Shown here: positions 46,418 to 55,391 of the stretch, piece after piece | How the letters are laid out: each line of letters starts with the position of its first letter | Position numbering within the stretch: position 1 is the stretch's first letter | Assembly: GCA_964448295.1 (NCBI GenBank) | Contig: CAYUVV010000002.1 | Location: 19,081 to 83,080, forward strand | Direction of reading: 5' to 3' | DNA: 64,000 nt | From: an uncultured Candidatus Saccharibacteria bacterium | GTDB lineage: Bacteria; Patescibacteriota; Minisyncoccia; Phycocordibacterales; JACOZG01 | Made by a program: the position numbers and the translations under genes | Notes under the pieces: model-generated | The model's database searches: none | What the model saw: the letters and a program-made list of their open reading frames with translations, nothing else | Told to the model about the DNA's origin: nothing

Positions 46418-46782
46418 ATCAAGTTTTTTCTAATTTTCTCCCCGTTACTCTTAAAATCGGTTTTGGAGCCAGTGGTTGATTGCGGTGCGGGGAAAATCCA
46501 GATATGGGCGTGGGGAACTTCGTCACCGACGATTTTGGATAAAATCATCTCTTGCTCAAAGGCCCGCTGTTGCGCTCGGGCAATCTTAGCGACCGCCTCA
46601 AAGTATTTGCCGATATTTGGCACTTGCCACACCCAGCGGTAATGTGTTTTGGGGATCACTTGGCAGTGCCCGGGGGATTGAGGGTGAATATCGAGGAAAG
46701 CCAGAAAATTATCGTCCTCATACACAATTTCCGCCGGGATTTTTTTGGTGGCGATTTGGCAAAAAATGCAGTTTTCAATCAT
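46414..46782 (-). CDS. HIT-family hydrolase
   Basis: Histidine triad HAHIWIFP. N-terminal CxxC. Confidence 0.85.
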   Translation of the reverse strand: MIENCIFCQIATKKIPAEIVYEDDNFLAFLDIHPQSPGHCQVIPKTHYRWVWQVPNIGKYFEAVAKIARAQQRAFEQEMILSKIVGDEVPHAHIWIFPAPQSTTGSKTDFKSNGEKIRKNLI

Positions 46783-46815
46783 ACAACAATCATTCTATGT
46801 TAAAATCTGACTTTT

Positions 46816-48519
46816 ATGAAGCATTGGCGGCTCCGTCCTGAACCACCGGCCGATTTTTTGCCCACGGAGTTGCCGCTCTTGCGTCGCTTGCTCCACACTC
46901 GTGGCGTTGCCAATGACGTTGCGGCTCGCACTTGGCTTGAGCCGGATTACGGGCGCGATCTCCATGATCCGTTCTTGCTTACCGATATGGTGGTGGCGAC
47001 AGAACGCCTCCAACGCGCGCTTGCGATAGGAGAAAAAATCGCAATTTTTGGCGATTATGATGCCGATGGAGTTTTGGCCACGGCTGTGCTCGCTGAGGCT
47101 TGGCGGCAGTTAGGCGGGAGCGAGCCGGAAATTTATATCCCTGATCGCCATGAGGAGCAGTATGGTTTGAGTGAGACAGTTATTCGCCGTCTCGCGGCGC
47201 AGGGGATTAAACTTTTGGTAACGGTTGACTGCGGCATTAGCAACGAAACCGAAGTGCGACTGGCCAACGCGCTCGGTTTGGAAGTGATCGTGACGGATCA
47301 CCACCTGCCGCCGCCGGTTCTACCGTCCGCTTTGGCTGTGATCAACCCTAAGCGTGAAGGTGATCGGTATCCCGAGAAGATGCTCTGTGGGGCGGGAGTG
47401 GCGTTCAAGTTGGTTCAGGCGCTCGCAATGTCAAGGTTAAACCTTGACATAAAGGAGGGGTGGGAGAAGTGGCTACTGGATTTAGTGGCTGTCGCGACTG
47501 TAGCGGATATGGTTCCTATCACTGGCGAGAACCGCGCCCTTGTCCATTTTGGTCTAAAAGTTTTGCGCCAAACGCGCCGACCTGGTTTGCGCGCGTTAAT
47601 TCGCGAACTGCGTTTGCCGTTTTCAGCTATTAGCGAGGACGACATTGGTTTTATGATCGGCCCGCGGTTAAACTCAGCCTCGCGGATGTCGCACGGTTCG
47701 GAAGCCTATCGCTTGGTGACGACGCTGGATGAAAGTGAGGGGGCGGCGTTGGCGGCTCATCTGATGGCGAAAAATCAGGAACGTCGAGATCTGGTATCCG
47801 TCATTTTGGAAGCTCTGAATGGCTACGCGGCGACCATGGGCGATCGGCCGGTTTTGGTAGCTGGTGATGCCACGTGGTCGCTTGGCGTGCTCGGCTTAAC
47901 CGCCAATCGGGTGGTGGAGAAAATTGGGCGTACGACATTCCTCTGGGGTAAAAACGGTCAAGGATTAGTGCGTGGCTCCTGCCGCTCGGCAGGTGAGGTG
48001 AACGTGGTCGAATTGATGCGGGCCGCTGGCGGGCGCGAATTTTTCACCGATTTTGGCGGTCATCGGTTGGCCGGCGGTTTTTCTCTTCCGGCCGAACGCT
48101 TGCCTGAACTTGCCCCGCGCTTAAACGAAGCTCATGCCAAACTCGAACCCCTACCTGCCACGGACGATGTTGTGCTCGCTGATGCGGAACTGTTTCCCCC
48201 GGACATTACTTGGACTTTCTACGATCAGGTGGCGCGATTGGCGCCGTACGGATTGGATAATCCCAAGCCAATTTTCTGGTTGCCGCGTTTGACGATTGCG
48301 CGCGTTCGGGTGTTTGGGCGCGAGCAGGCTCATCTTGGGCTGGAATTTGCCGGTTTTCCTGTTGAAGCGATCCGGTTTTTTGCCGGACAAAACGAGTTTG
48401 CCAGTGTGCGTCTGGCGATGGGCGAGCGGATTGATCTTTTAGCCAATCTGGAGAAAAGCTTTTTCCGCTCGCGGCCGGAATTGCGTTTGCGGATTGTGGA
48501 TCTGCGCCCCGCCGAGTAG
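46816..48519 (+). CDS. recJ: Single-stranded-DNA-specific exonuclease RecJ
   Basis: DHH motifs (DYDADGV, TDHH) and DHHA1 (GGGH-like). Confidence 0.9.
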   Translation: MKHWRLRPEPPADFLPTELPLLRRLLHTRGVANDVAARTWLEPDYGRDLHDPFLLTDMVVATERLQRALAIGEKIAIFGDYDADGVLATAVLAEAWRQLGGSEPEIYIPDRHEEQYGLSETVIRRLAAQGIKLLVTVDCGISNETEVRLANALGLEVIVTDHHLPPPVLPSALAVINPKREGDRYPEKMLCGAGVAFKLVQALAMSRLNLDIKEGWEKWLLDLVAVATVADMVPITGENRALVHFGLKVLRQTRRPGLRALIRELRLPFSAISEDDIGFMIGPRLNSASRMSHGSEAYRLVTTLDESEGAALAAHLMAKNQERRDLVSVILEALNGYAATMGDRPVLVAGDATWSLGVLGLTANRVVEKIGRTTFLWGKNGQGLVRGSCRSAGEVNVVELMRAAGGREFFTDFGGHRLAGGFSLPAERLPELAPRLNEAHAKLEPLPATDDVVLADAELFPPDITWTFYDQVARLAPYGLDNPKPIFWLPRLTIARVRVFGREQAHLGLEFAGFPVEAIRFFAGQNEFASVRLAMGERIDLLANLEKSFFRSRPELRLRIVDLRPAE

Positions 48520-48522
48520 AAT

Positions 48523-48981
48523 GTGGCGATGGAAAAACTGATTCTCTATACCGACGGTGGCGCGCGCGGCAACCCCGGCCCCGCGGGGGCCGGGGCGGTA
48601 GTGTATAATTGTCAAGGCGAGACCTTGACAGAGATGCATCACGCTCTCGGCGAGATGACGAACAACGAGGCCGAGTACCAAGCTCTTCTGCTTGGCCTGG
48701 AAACAATAAAAAAATTGGTGGGTAAAGAAAAAACGCGCGAGACGGAGATAGAAGCGCGATTAGACAGTGAGTTGGTGGCCAAGCAATTAAATGGCGAATA
48801 TCAAATTAAAGAAGCGAGTCTCCAGCCGCTTTTCATCAAAGTGTGGAACCAGAGGGTGGCTCATTTCCCCAAACTCACTTTCCAGCACATCCCGCGTGAG
48901 CAGAACCGCCGGGCCGACGAACTAGCCAATCAAGCCATGGACGAGGCCCAAGCCGTCAGCGTCAAAAAACCCTTATTTTAA
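48523..48981 (+). CDS. rnhA: Ribonuclease HI
   Basis: YTDGGARGNPGPAGAGAV ... NNEAEY ... catalytic DEDD residues. Confidence 0.85.
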   Translation: MAMEKLILYTDGGARGNPGPAGAGAVVYNCQGETLTEMHHALGEMTNNEAEYQALLLGLETIKKLVGKEKTRETEIEARLDSELVAKQLNGEYQIKEASLQPLFIKVWNQRVAHFPKLTFQHIPREQNRRADELANQAMDEAQAVSVKKPLF

Positions 48982-49106
48982 AATACCCGCCAGCTGGCGG
49001 ATGAGGGGGACTCATGAGTACAGGATTAGCATCTGCCGGTCTTGTCCAGCCTTACGGAAAGAGTGATACATGGGAATGAGTATAAAGCACCAATTACTGC
49101 CAGAGT

Positions 49107-49484
49107 CTAATTTCTAAAATAGTGGCGAGTATGAGCGCGGGCGGCTCGGAGAAAGTCGTGGCAGAAGGTTTCCGCCACGCTTGGTTCGAAAAATTTGCAA
49201 GAGAAGATATCAACGAAGGCGCGGTTCTTAACTTCGTCGAAGTGCATAGTGATGGACGATGTTTCGATAAACTGCATCGCCGAGTAGCCCTCAAGCTCTC
49301 CCTCGGCAAAACGCTGGATGAGTGGCGCGCCGAATTGTTTCATCGCGATGGTGGCGCACAAACCATCTATTAACCCGCGGATTTTTTGCGGGTCGCGAAT
49401 AGTCGGGGGATGGCAGTCGTAGAGATCAATCGAGGCCACCATCCCCCAACACTGTTCCGATTCGTAGTCTTCTTTTAGACTCAT
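49107..49484 (-). CDS. speH: S-adenosylmethionine decarboxylase proenzyme (SpeH-type, pyruvoyl-dependent)
   Basis: GMVASIDLYDC ... FIETSSITMHF (Ser processing site) ... VDIFSCK. Confidence 0.8.
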   Translation of the reverse strand: MSLKEDYESEQCWGMVASIDLYDCHPPTIRDPQKIRGLIDGLCATIAMKQFGAPLIQRFAEGELEGYSAMQFIETSSITMHFDEVKNRAFVDIFSCKFFEPSVAETFCHDFLRAARAHTRHYFRN

Positions 49485-51033
49485 GGGGCTGGGAAATCTG
49501 ATTATAGAAAAAATGTCGGCAGAAGTTAAGACTGTTGATAACCTTAACCGGGTCGACTGGCGTTTTACGGCCGCGGTAATTGGCTTAAGTTTGGGCGTGT
49601 TTGGCGCCGGTGTTTTCCCGGCTGGCGGTTTGGGCCTTGCGCTCTTGTGGCTGTGGTTAGCTTTGTTGTTTGGGCTGATCTGGCCGCGGCCAATTTTGGG
49701 CGTTTTCTTTTTGTGCCTTGCCCTGGGTTGGGGTCGTTGGCTGTGGTACGAGGAGCAAAGACCGCCCGCCTCTTGGCCGGCGGGGGAAACGCGTGAGTTT
49801 GCTGCTTTCGTAGCCGAACCGCCCGAACCGCGGGAGACGGGGCAACGTCTGACTTTGCGCCCGCACGGTGAGCAATTCTTGGTTCACGTCTACGCGCCCA
49901 CTTATCCGCCGATCGCTCTTGGTGATGAGTTGCTGGTCTCGGGTGAGCCGGTGCGGCCAGAGGTGTTTGAGAGCGGAACGGGGCGGGTAGTTGATTACCC
50001 GGCTATTCTACGCCGCGCCGGTGTTTATTATCAAATGTTTAATCCGCGCTTGACTGTGACGAAACCAGCCGCCGCCTATCCCATGCGCCGCACATTGGAT
50101 AGAATCAAGAATATATTTGAAAACGCCGTGGGAAAAGTTTTCCCCGAGCCGAGCGCCGCTTTACTTCACGGCATACTTTTGGGTAGCCGCGCGGCTCTTG
50201 GCGTCGATTGGCAAGAGCGCTTTCGCGTTACCGGCTTAATTCATATTGTTGTGCTTTCTGGCTATAACTTAACGGTGGTGGCGGAGGGCTTGCGTCGCCT
50301 GCTCGGTTTTTTACCCCGCCATTTTTCTGCCTTATTTTCTCTGAGCGCGCTCGTCTTGTTTACCTTAATGACCGGGGCGGGTCCGGCGACGGTGCGGGCG
50401 GCGCTGATGGCCGGTTTGGCTCTCGTTGCTGGCGCTCTGGGTCGCGCGCCGGCGGCGCGCCGTGGCCTGTGGGCCGCGGGCCTGCTGATGGTTTGGCACA
50501 ATCCGGCGATTCTGCGCGACGACCTCGGCTTTCAACTCTCGTTTCTCGCGACGGCCGGTTTGCTCTATCTCTCGCCGGTTCTCGAGAACTTTTTAGTTCG
50601 CTCGCGATTTTTATCTGGCTATTTGCCACGTTCGTTTGCTGGTCTCGCGGCGGCGACTCTCTCTGCCCAGATTTTTATCTTGCCGTGGGTGGTGTACCGG
50701 ATCGGCGCGTGGCCGACTTACGCGCTTTTCACCAATTTACTCGTTTTGCCTTTTGTGCCGGCAATTATGTTTGGCGGATTTTTCGCTGTTTTGGCCGCGC
50801 TCACGAGTGTGGTTTTGGGCCCGGTGGGAACAGCGCTCGCGTGGATTACAATGACCCCGGTTTATTTTATGTTGCTGGGTTTACTTACGTTAGTGCGGTG
50901 GGTGGCGCTCTGGCCGTGGGCCAACCTTGAGTTGCCGCCAATCCCGTGGACGTTTGTCGTTATCGCCTACTCTCTTTTGGGCTGGTGGGCGATAATGAAA
51001 AACAATGTTGGGCATTCCACGCGCCGAACTTAA
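49483..51033 (+). CDS. comEC: DNA internalization competence protein ComEC/Rec2, membrane channel part (DUF4131 plus competence domain)
   Basis: LLHGILLGSRAALGVDWQERFRVTGLIHIVVLSGYNLTVV. Polytopic. Confidence 0.85.
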   Translation: MGLGNLIIEKMSAEVKTVDNLNRVDWRFTAAVIGLSLGVFGAGVFPAGGLGLALLWLWLALLFGLIWPRPILGVFFLCLALGWGRWLWYEEQRPPASWPAGETREFAAFVAEPPEPRETGQRLTLRPHGEQFLVHVYAPTYPPIALGDELLVSGEPVRPEVFESGTGRVVDYPAILRRAGVYYQMFNPRLTVTKPAAAYPMRRTLDRIKNIFENAVGKVFPEPSAALLHGILLGSRAALGVDWQERFRVTGLIHIVVLSGYNLTVVAEGLRRLLGFLPRHFSALFSLSALVLFTLMTGAGPATVRAALMAGLALVAGALGRAPAARRGLWAAGLLMVWHNPAILRDDLGFQLSFLATAGLLYLSPVLENFLVRSRFLSGYLPRSFAGLAAATLSAQIFILPWVVYRIGAWPTYALFTNLLVLPFVPAIMFGGFFAVLAALTSVVLGPVGTALAWITMTPVYFMLLGLLTLVRWVALWPWANLELPPIPWTFVVIAYSLLGWWAIMKNNVGHSTRRT

Positions 51034-51892
51034 ACTCTGGATCACTCCGCTTGTTTTGGTTTTTTTGGTGGGCGCGAATTGTCTTGTCTGGTTTTCTTGG
51101 TGGCGGGCTGAGCGTGGCGAGACGCGGGTTGTTTTTCTAAACGTTGGACAGGGGGACGCGATCTTGATTGAGGGCGCGCGCGGTCGCCAATTGCTGGTTG
51201 ATGGCGGCCCCGGGCCAGCTTTGCTCCGCGAGTTGGGCGAGCTTTTACCTTTTTACGATCGTTCACTTGACGTGGTCTTACTCACGCACCCCGATGCCGA
51301 CCATTTGGGTGGTTTGCCCGGCCTGCTTGACCGTTATGAGGTGGAAACGGTTTTGCAAACCGATGCGCGGGCGGAAACGGCCGTCGCTCGCGCGTGGTAT
51401 GAGGGGGTAACCGGGCGCGGTTTGCAGGTTTTGCCCGCGCGGCGCGGCCTCGTGGTGTGGCTTGAGGCCGGTTTGGCTCTGCGGCTTTTGTTCCCAGACC
51501 GGCTCGTGGCGGGAATGGAGACGAATGACGGTTCCGTCGTGGCCGAGCTTTGGCACTGGCCGTCAGCTGATGCCGCGCCAATCAAATTCATTCTCACCGG
51601 CGATGCGCCGGTGAAAGTCGAGCGTTATTTACTTAGCACGGGAGGCGGCGGGCTCGCGGCCAACGTGCTTAAGGCCGGCCACCATGGTTCGAGAACTTCC
51701 ACCTCGCCCGAGTTTGTAAACGCCGTCGGGCCCGATTATGCCGTCATTTCGGCCGGCGCCAAAAATCGCTATGGCCATCCACACCCCGAAGTGTTGGAAA
51801 CCTTAACCGCCGCCGGCGTCAAAATTGTGGAAACCAAAAACGGCCGAGTGGAATTTCGTCTCGGCCCCAACGGCTTGCGCTTGGTAGATTAG
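51005..51892 (+). CDS. comEC: ComEC C-terminal metallo-beta-lactamase domain encoded as a separate, frame-shifted, overlapping ORF
   Basis: VVFLNVGQGDAILIE...DVVLLTHPDADHLGG (HxHxDH). Overlaps the preceding ORF by 29 nt in a different frame. Confidence 0.75.
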   Translation: MLGIPRAELKLWITPLVLVFLVGANCLVWFSWWRAERGETRVVFLNVGQGDAILIEGARGRQLLVDGGPGPALLRELGELLPFYDRSLDVVLLTHPDADHLGGLPGLLDRYEVETVLQTDARAETAVARAWYEGVTGRGLQVLPARRGLVVWLEAGLALRLLFPDRLVAGMETNDGSVVAELWHWPSADAAPIKFILTGDAPVKVERYLLSTGGGGLAANVLKAGHHGSRTSTSPEFVNAVGPDYAVISAGAKNRYGHPHPEVLETLTAAGVKIVETKNGRVEFRLGPNGLRLVD

Positions 51893-51969
51893 TATGATAT
51901 AATCCAGCCGGATGGTGTAGAAATCGTTTCTACGCCAAGGTTTTTCGGGTCTTTCACAGGAGACTTGTC

Positions 51970-52722
51970 ATGACGGATAAATCTGTCGCCGACAAAGTGT
52001 TGGGCCAAATAGCTCGCAAACAAAATGACTTGTTTCGCAGGGTGCGCGAAGGAACACTGGAACCGGACTTGGTTTTGTCTGGTCTCCAAAATCTGATCGA
52101 GGGTCGGTTCCCGCAACTGGCGAGCGGCAGTAGCTCTGTCATTCTTAGCCCTGGTGTTTGCGAGAAGGTCTACGCGCTTCTGGACTCCAGCACTAAAGTC
52201 CTTGAGACACTGTGGGTACCACCCATCGCCGGTTTCTGGGAAGTTTATGTCCCGCCAGGTGTTACCCCCGACCGCGTTATCGCAGCGATGCGCAGGGCTG
52301 GGATGACGGTTTGTACCTGGACCGGAGGCGGCGTGGACGAGTATATCGCTCACAACGACCGTAGTCCTAACAACGGTGCCTACCGTGCTCGTTTTCGGGC
52401 CAACGTCGAGGCTGACCCTGAATTTGCCAAAAAGTCGACCAACGACCTGGTCAAGTTCGGCTACCAGGGTATTACCTTAACCGAGCGTCTGTTGTTGGGG
52501 TTGGCCTACTTTCTGGCCACCGAGAACAACGATGACCTCAACCAGCGTCATCTTGACGTCGAAAACGCGACGCTCTGTGCAGGCTCTCGTCTCTCTGGCG
52601 GCGCTGTCCCGCGCGTGCACTGGGATTCGACGTTCCGCAGGGTCTACGTCGACTGGTACTACGTTGATAGTGCCAGCCCACGCCTCCGTTCTCGTCTCGC
52701 AGTTGAGTACACTGGTAACTAG
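51970..52722 (+). CDS. DGR target protein (250 aa) with C-terminal variable region (VR)
   Basis: The C-terminal about 120 nt (52585-52704) is near-identical to the downstream template repeat apart from substitutions at TR adenines. No signal peptide evident. Confidence 0.8.
   Translation: MTDKSVADKVLGQIARKQNDLFRRVREGTLEPDLVLSGLQNLIEGRFPQLASGSSSVILSPGVCEKVYALLDSSTKVLETLWVPPIAGFWEVYVPPGVTPDRVIAAMRRAGMTVCTWTGGGVDEYIAHNDRSPNNGAYRARFRANVEADPEFAKKSTNDLVKFGYQGITLTERLLLGLAYFLATENNDDLNQRHLDVENATLCAGSRLSGGAVPRVHWDSTFRRVYVDWYYVDSASPRLRSRLAVEYTGN
52585..52704 (+). repeat. DGR variable region (VR) inside the target gene 3' end
   Basis: Aligned by eye to TR: 20 differences at positions where TR has A (TR AAC/AAT codons correspond to VR CGC/CAC/GAT/TTC/GAC/TAC/AGT/AGC/CTC) and one non-A difference. 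A conserved GC-rich 3' end (IMH-like CTCCGTTCTCGTCTCG) is followed by a hairpin at 52737-52768. Confidence 0.85.
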
Positions 52723-52969
52723 AGACTTGTCCCCTTGCCCCCAATCAGTCAAATGGCTGGTTGGGGGCTCTGTGTGTAAAATGATTTTGGGTTGTTAAAC
52801 CGGCTTCGCACAATGTGAGGTAGCGGTTTACCCACTGCTAGAAACTGCTTGTTCAATCCTAGCGAGTTTAGACTCGGCACACTGCTCCCGAGGAGGAGAA
52901 AATTCAGATGATTTTGCTTGTTTTTTCAGGTAAGGTCGTCGGTGCGATTGACGGGGTGGGGCAAAAGGC

Positions 52970-53091
52970 GATCTCGTAACTCTGACGGCAATGTCCCGAA
53001 CGTGAACTGGAATTCGACGAACCGCAAGGTCTACGTCAACTGGTACAACGTTGATAATGCCAACCCGAACCTCCGTTCTCGTCTCGAAGTT
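52970..53091 (+). repeat. DGR template repeat (TR)
   Basis: About 122 bp homologous to VR, rich in in-frame AAC/AAT codons. Followed by the hairpin GGCCGGC-ttatcc-GCCGGCC and a T-run. The overlapping ORF 52918-53166 is an artefact of TR. Confidence 0.85.
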
Positions 53092-53107
53092 TCGCGAACG
53101 GGCCGGC

Positions 53108-53518
53108 TTATCCGCCGGCCTTTTCGTTGTTTAAGGTATATTTCCTCCACCCCGCGGCCATTTTAGAAACTTCTTCTAGTTTTTCTACCAGAGACAGGTA
53201 AGTTTGATCGGCCACCAACTTTATTTCGTAACAAATCCTAATGAGTCTTTTAGCTATCTCGATTTTAAGCGACAACTGTCTTAAAATTTCTGTTTTTCCA
53301 TTTGCTGGTGATAAAGCGGCCAGTGTCGCAAGCTCAAGACAAGCGAGATTGGTGTTTTCTACTCGCGACCAGACGCCCAATTTGTCGGCCTTGTTTAGTT
53401 TCTTTCCCGCCAGATACACCCGCTTGTATAATTCACCCAACCCATGAACAATTGGCAACTTGACGCTTGCGGGGGGGCACTCAATGGTCGCTGTGGCACC
53501 ATATAATTTCACTCCCAA
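53108..53518 (-). CDS. avd: Avd-like four-helix-bundle accessory protein of the DGR (TIGR02436-like), encoded antisense between TR and the reverse transcriptase
   Basis: 136 aa. ...EILRQLSLKIEIAKRLIRICYEIKLVADQTYLSLVEKLEEVSKM fits the four-helix-bundle/Avd pattern. Position is typical for avd but orientation is opposite. The 5' end overlaps the RT start. Confidence 0.5.
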   Translation of the reverse strand: MGVKLYGATATIECPPASVKLPIVHGLGELYKRVYLAGKKLNKADKLGVWSRVENTNLACLELATLAALSPANGKTEILRQLSLKIEIAKRLIRICYEIKLVADQTYLSLVEKLEEVSKMAAGWRKYTLNNEKAGG

Positions 53519-54477
53519 ATTTACTCCACGCGTGGCGTGAATTCAAGCGCGGAAAAACTAGAAAACCAGACGTTCTAGAATTCGACTTCAGTCTCGAAAG
53601 CAATTTACTCGCTCTCCACGACGAGTTACTCAACCAAACTTATTGTCCTGGTCCGTATCAAACCTTTCTCGTCCGCGACCCCAAATTGCGCCACATCCAC
53701 AAGGCCCCGGTCCGCGATCGGGTGATTCATCAAGCTCTGTTTCGGGTTCTTTACCATCTGTTCGACCGCCACTTCATCCACGACTCTTATTCTTGTCGTT
53801 TTAATAAAGGCGTTCATCGGGGAGTGGAACGATTGGAGGCTTTTACCAGAAAGGTTAGCAAAAATTACTGTTATCCTGTCTGCGTTCTCCAAGGTGATAT
53901 CAGAAAATTTTTCGACAATATTTCCCATCGTATCTTATTAAACTTGATTAAGCAGCAAATAACCGACCCCGATGTTCTCCAACTAATCAAGTTCATTATC
54001 TCCAGTTTTGAAATTGGCCCCGGTCGTGGTTTACCCCTCGGCAACGTGACCAGCCAACTATTTGCCAACATTTTCTTAAATGAACTGGACCAATTTGCCA
54101 AACACCAACTCCGAGAAAAACATTACCTCCGCTATTGCGACGACTTCGTGATTTTGCATTTCAGCAGAGATCATCTTGAAATCTTGCCAGCAAAAATTAA
54201 CCACTTTCTCCAAACTCGACTTGGCCTTGAACTCCACCCTCAAAAACTGACCATCAGAAAATTAAGCTGGGGCGTTGATTGGTTGGGGTACATCGTTCGT
54301 CCTCATTATCAGATTCTGCGCACCAAGACCAGAAGACGAATTGAAAAACGTCTGAAAAGAGATGAGATTAACGAGAAAAATTTACCGTCTTATCTGGGGA
54401 TATTGAAATGGTGTCGGGGGTATAAGTTACGTAGCACTTTAGATCAGATTAGGCCACCAAATGCTTTCCCCGTTTGA
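53467..54477 (+). CDS. DGR reverse transcriptase
   Basis: RT motifs: RHIHKAPVRDRVIHQAL, the DGR-specific LPLGNVTSQLFANIFLNELD (GxxxSQ in motif 4), and YCDDF (YxDD). TTG start. N-terminus NLLHAWREFKRGK typical of RTs. Confidence 0.9.
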   Translation: MRGGTQWSLWHHIISLPNLLHAWREFKRGKTRKPDVLEFDFSLESNLLALHDELLNQTYCPGPYQTFLVRDPKLRHIHKAPVRDRVIHQALFRVLYHLFDRHFIHDSYSCRFNKGVHRGVERLEAFTRKVSKNYCYPVCVLQGDIRKFFDNISHRILLNLIKQQITDPDVLQLIKFIISSFEIGPGRGLPLGNVTSQLFANIFLNELDQFAKHQLREKHYLRYCDDFVILHFSRDHLEILPAKINHFLQTRLGLELHPQKLTIRKLSWGVDWLGYIVRPHYQILRTKTRRRIEKRLKRDEINEKNLPSYLGILKWCRGYKLRSTLDQIRPPNAFPV

Positions 54478-54499
54478 GGCAACGAGTGCAGAGGAGGAT

Positions 54500-54529
54500 G
54501 CGCTCACCCTGCGGAGTGAGCGCGTTTTG
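54500..54529 (+). terminator. Rho-independent terminator after the reverse transcriptase
   Basis: GCGCTCAC-cctgcgga-GTGAGCGC followed by GTTTTGG. Confidence 0.5.
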
Positions 54530-54686
54530 GAGATTGGGGTATTTGCGTTGTTTGCCCGTGGGATTGAATTTGGTGGCGCGGACGCGGTTCGAGTAACCGC
54601 CCGCGACGCGACTCCATTTGGCGCAACCTACACATTGTTTCATAGGTTCCGTATGCTAACATACGAGAGACTCGTTCGCAAATCCA

Positions 54687-55337
54687 ATGGAAACTGTTTT
54701 TTTCTTGCTCATCCTGATTTGTGCTGTCGTCATACACGAAGTGGCGCACGGGGTGGCGGCCGACGCTCTCGGCGACCCGACGGCTCGACTCGCCGGGCGC
54801 TTAACCTTGAATCCGATTTCGCATCTCGACTGGGTTGGTTCCGTCTTGGTACCGGGGCTGCTCGCTTTGAGCGGCTCGGGGATTATTTTCGGTTGGGCCA
54901 AGCCGGTGCCCTACAATCCCTACAATCTTAAGGCCGGCCGTTGGGGTCCGGCGGTGGTGGCCGCCGCTGGGCCGGTCGCAAACGTCGTTTTGGCGATTAT
55001 TTTCGGTTTTTGCGCCCGCTTTGGTGTGGTGCCGGAAGCGGCCTTGGGGATGATCGGCGCCGTAGTGCTCACGAACGCGGTTCTCGCGGTTTTTAATCTC
55101 ATTCCGATCCCGCCGCTTGATGGCTCGAAAATTTTGTTCAGTCTTCTACCTTATCGCTACCAACGTTTTGCCGATTTGCCTTACCGGCAGGCGGGTACAG
55201 CGAACGCGATGTCGTTTATCTTAATTCTTGTCGCGATTTTCTTTCTTTGGCCGCTTGTGAGCCAGGTTGCCATATTTCTCGCCGTTCTCCTCGCCGGCCC
55301 CGCTTCTATTGTGGCGGCAATGAATAGTTTTTCGTAG
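54687..55337 (+). CDS. Site-2-protease-like (M50/COG1994) membrane metalloprotease
   Basis: HEVAHG (HExxH) in the first TM segment. Multiple TM segments. Confidence 0.75.
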   Translation: METVFFLLILICAVVIHEVAHGVAADALGDPTARLAGRLTLNPISHLDWVGSVLVPGLLALSGSGIIFGWAKPVPYNPYNLKAGRWGPAVVAAAGPVANVVLAIIFGFCARFGVVPEAALGMIGAVVLTNAVLAVFNLIPIPPLDGSKILFSLLPYRYQRFADLPYRQAGTANAMSFILILVAIFFLWPLVSQVAIFLAVLLAGPASIVAAMNSFS

Positions 55338-55391
55338 TTCTCTTGTTTTTTTGGGGGCCTATGTTAGATTAGACCAGTTGTTAGTTTTTAT

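Noticed and set aside
52918-53166. 82-aa ORF overlapping the DGR template repeat
   Set aside because: Its translation merely mirrors the target protein C-terminus because TR copies VR. TR is a non-coding template in DGRs.
54461-54931. 156-aa plus-strand ORF spanning the RT terminator into the M50 protease gene
   Set aside because: Arg/Gly-rich and out of frame with the well-supported HExxH protease gene. The upstream part is a terminator hairpin.
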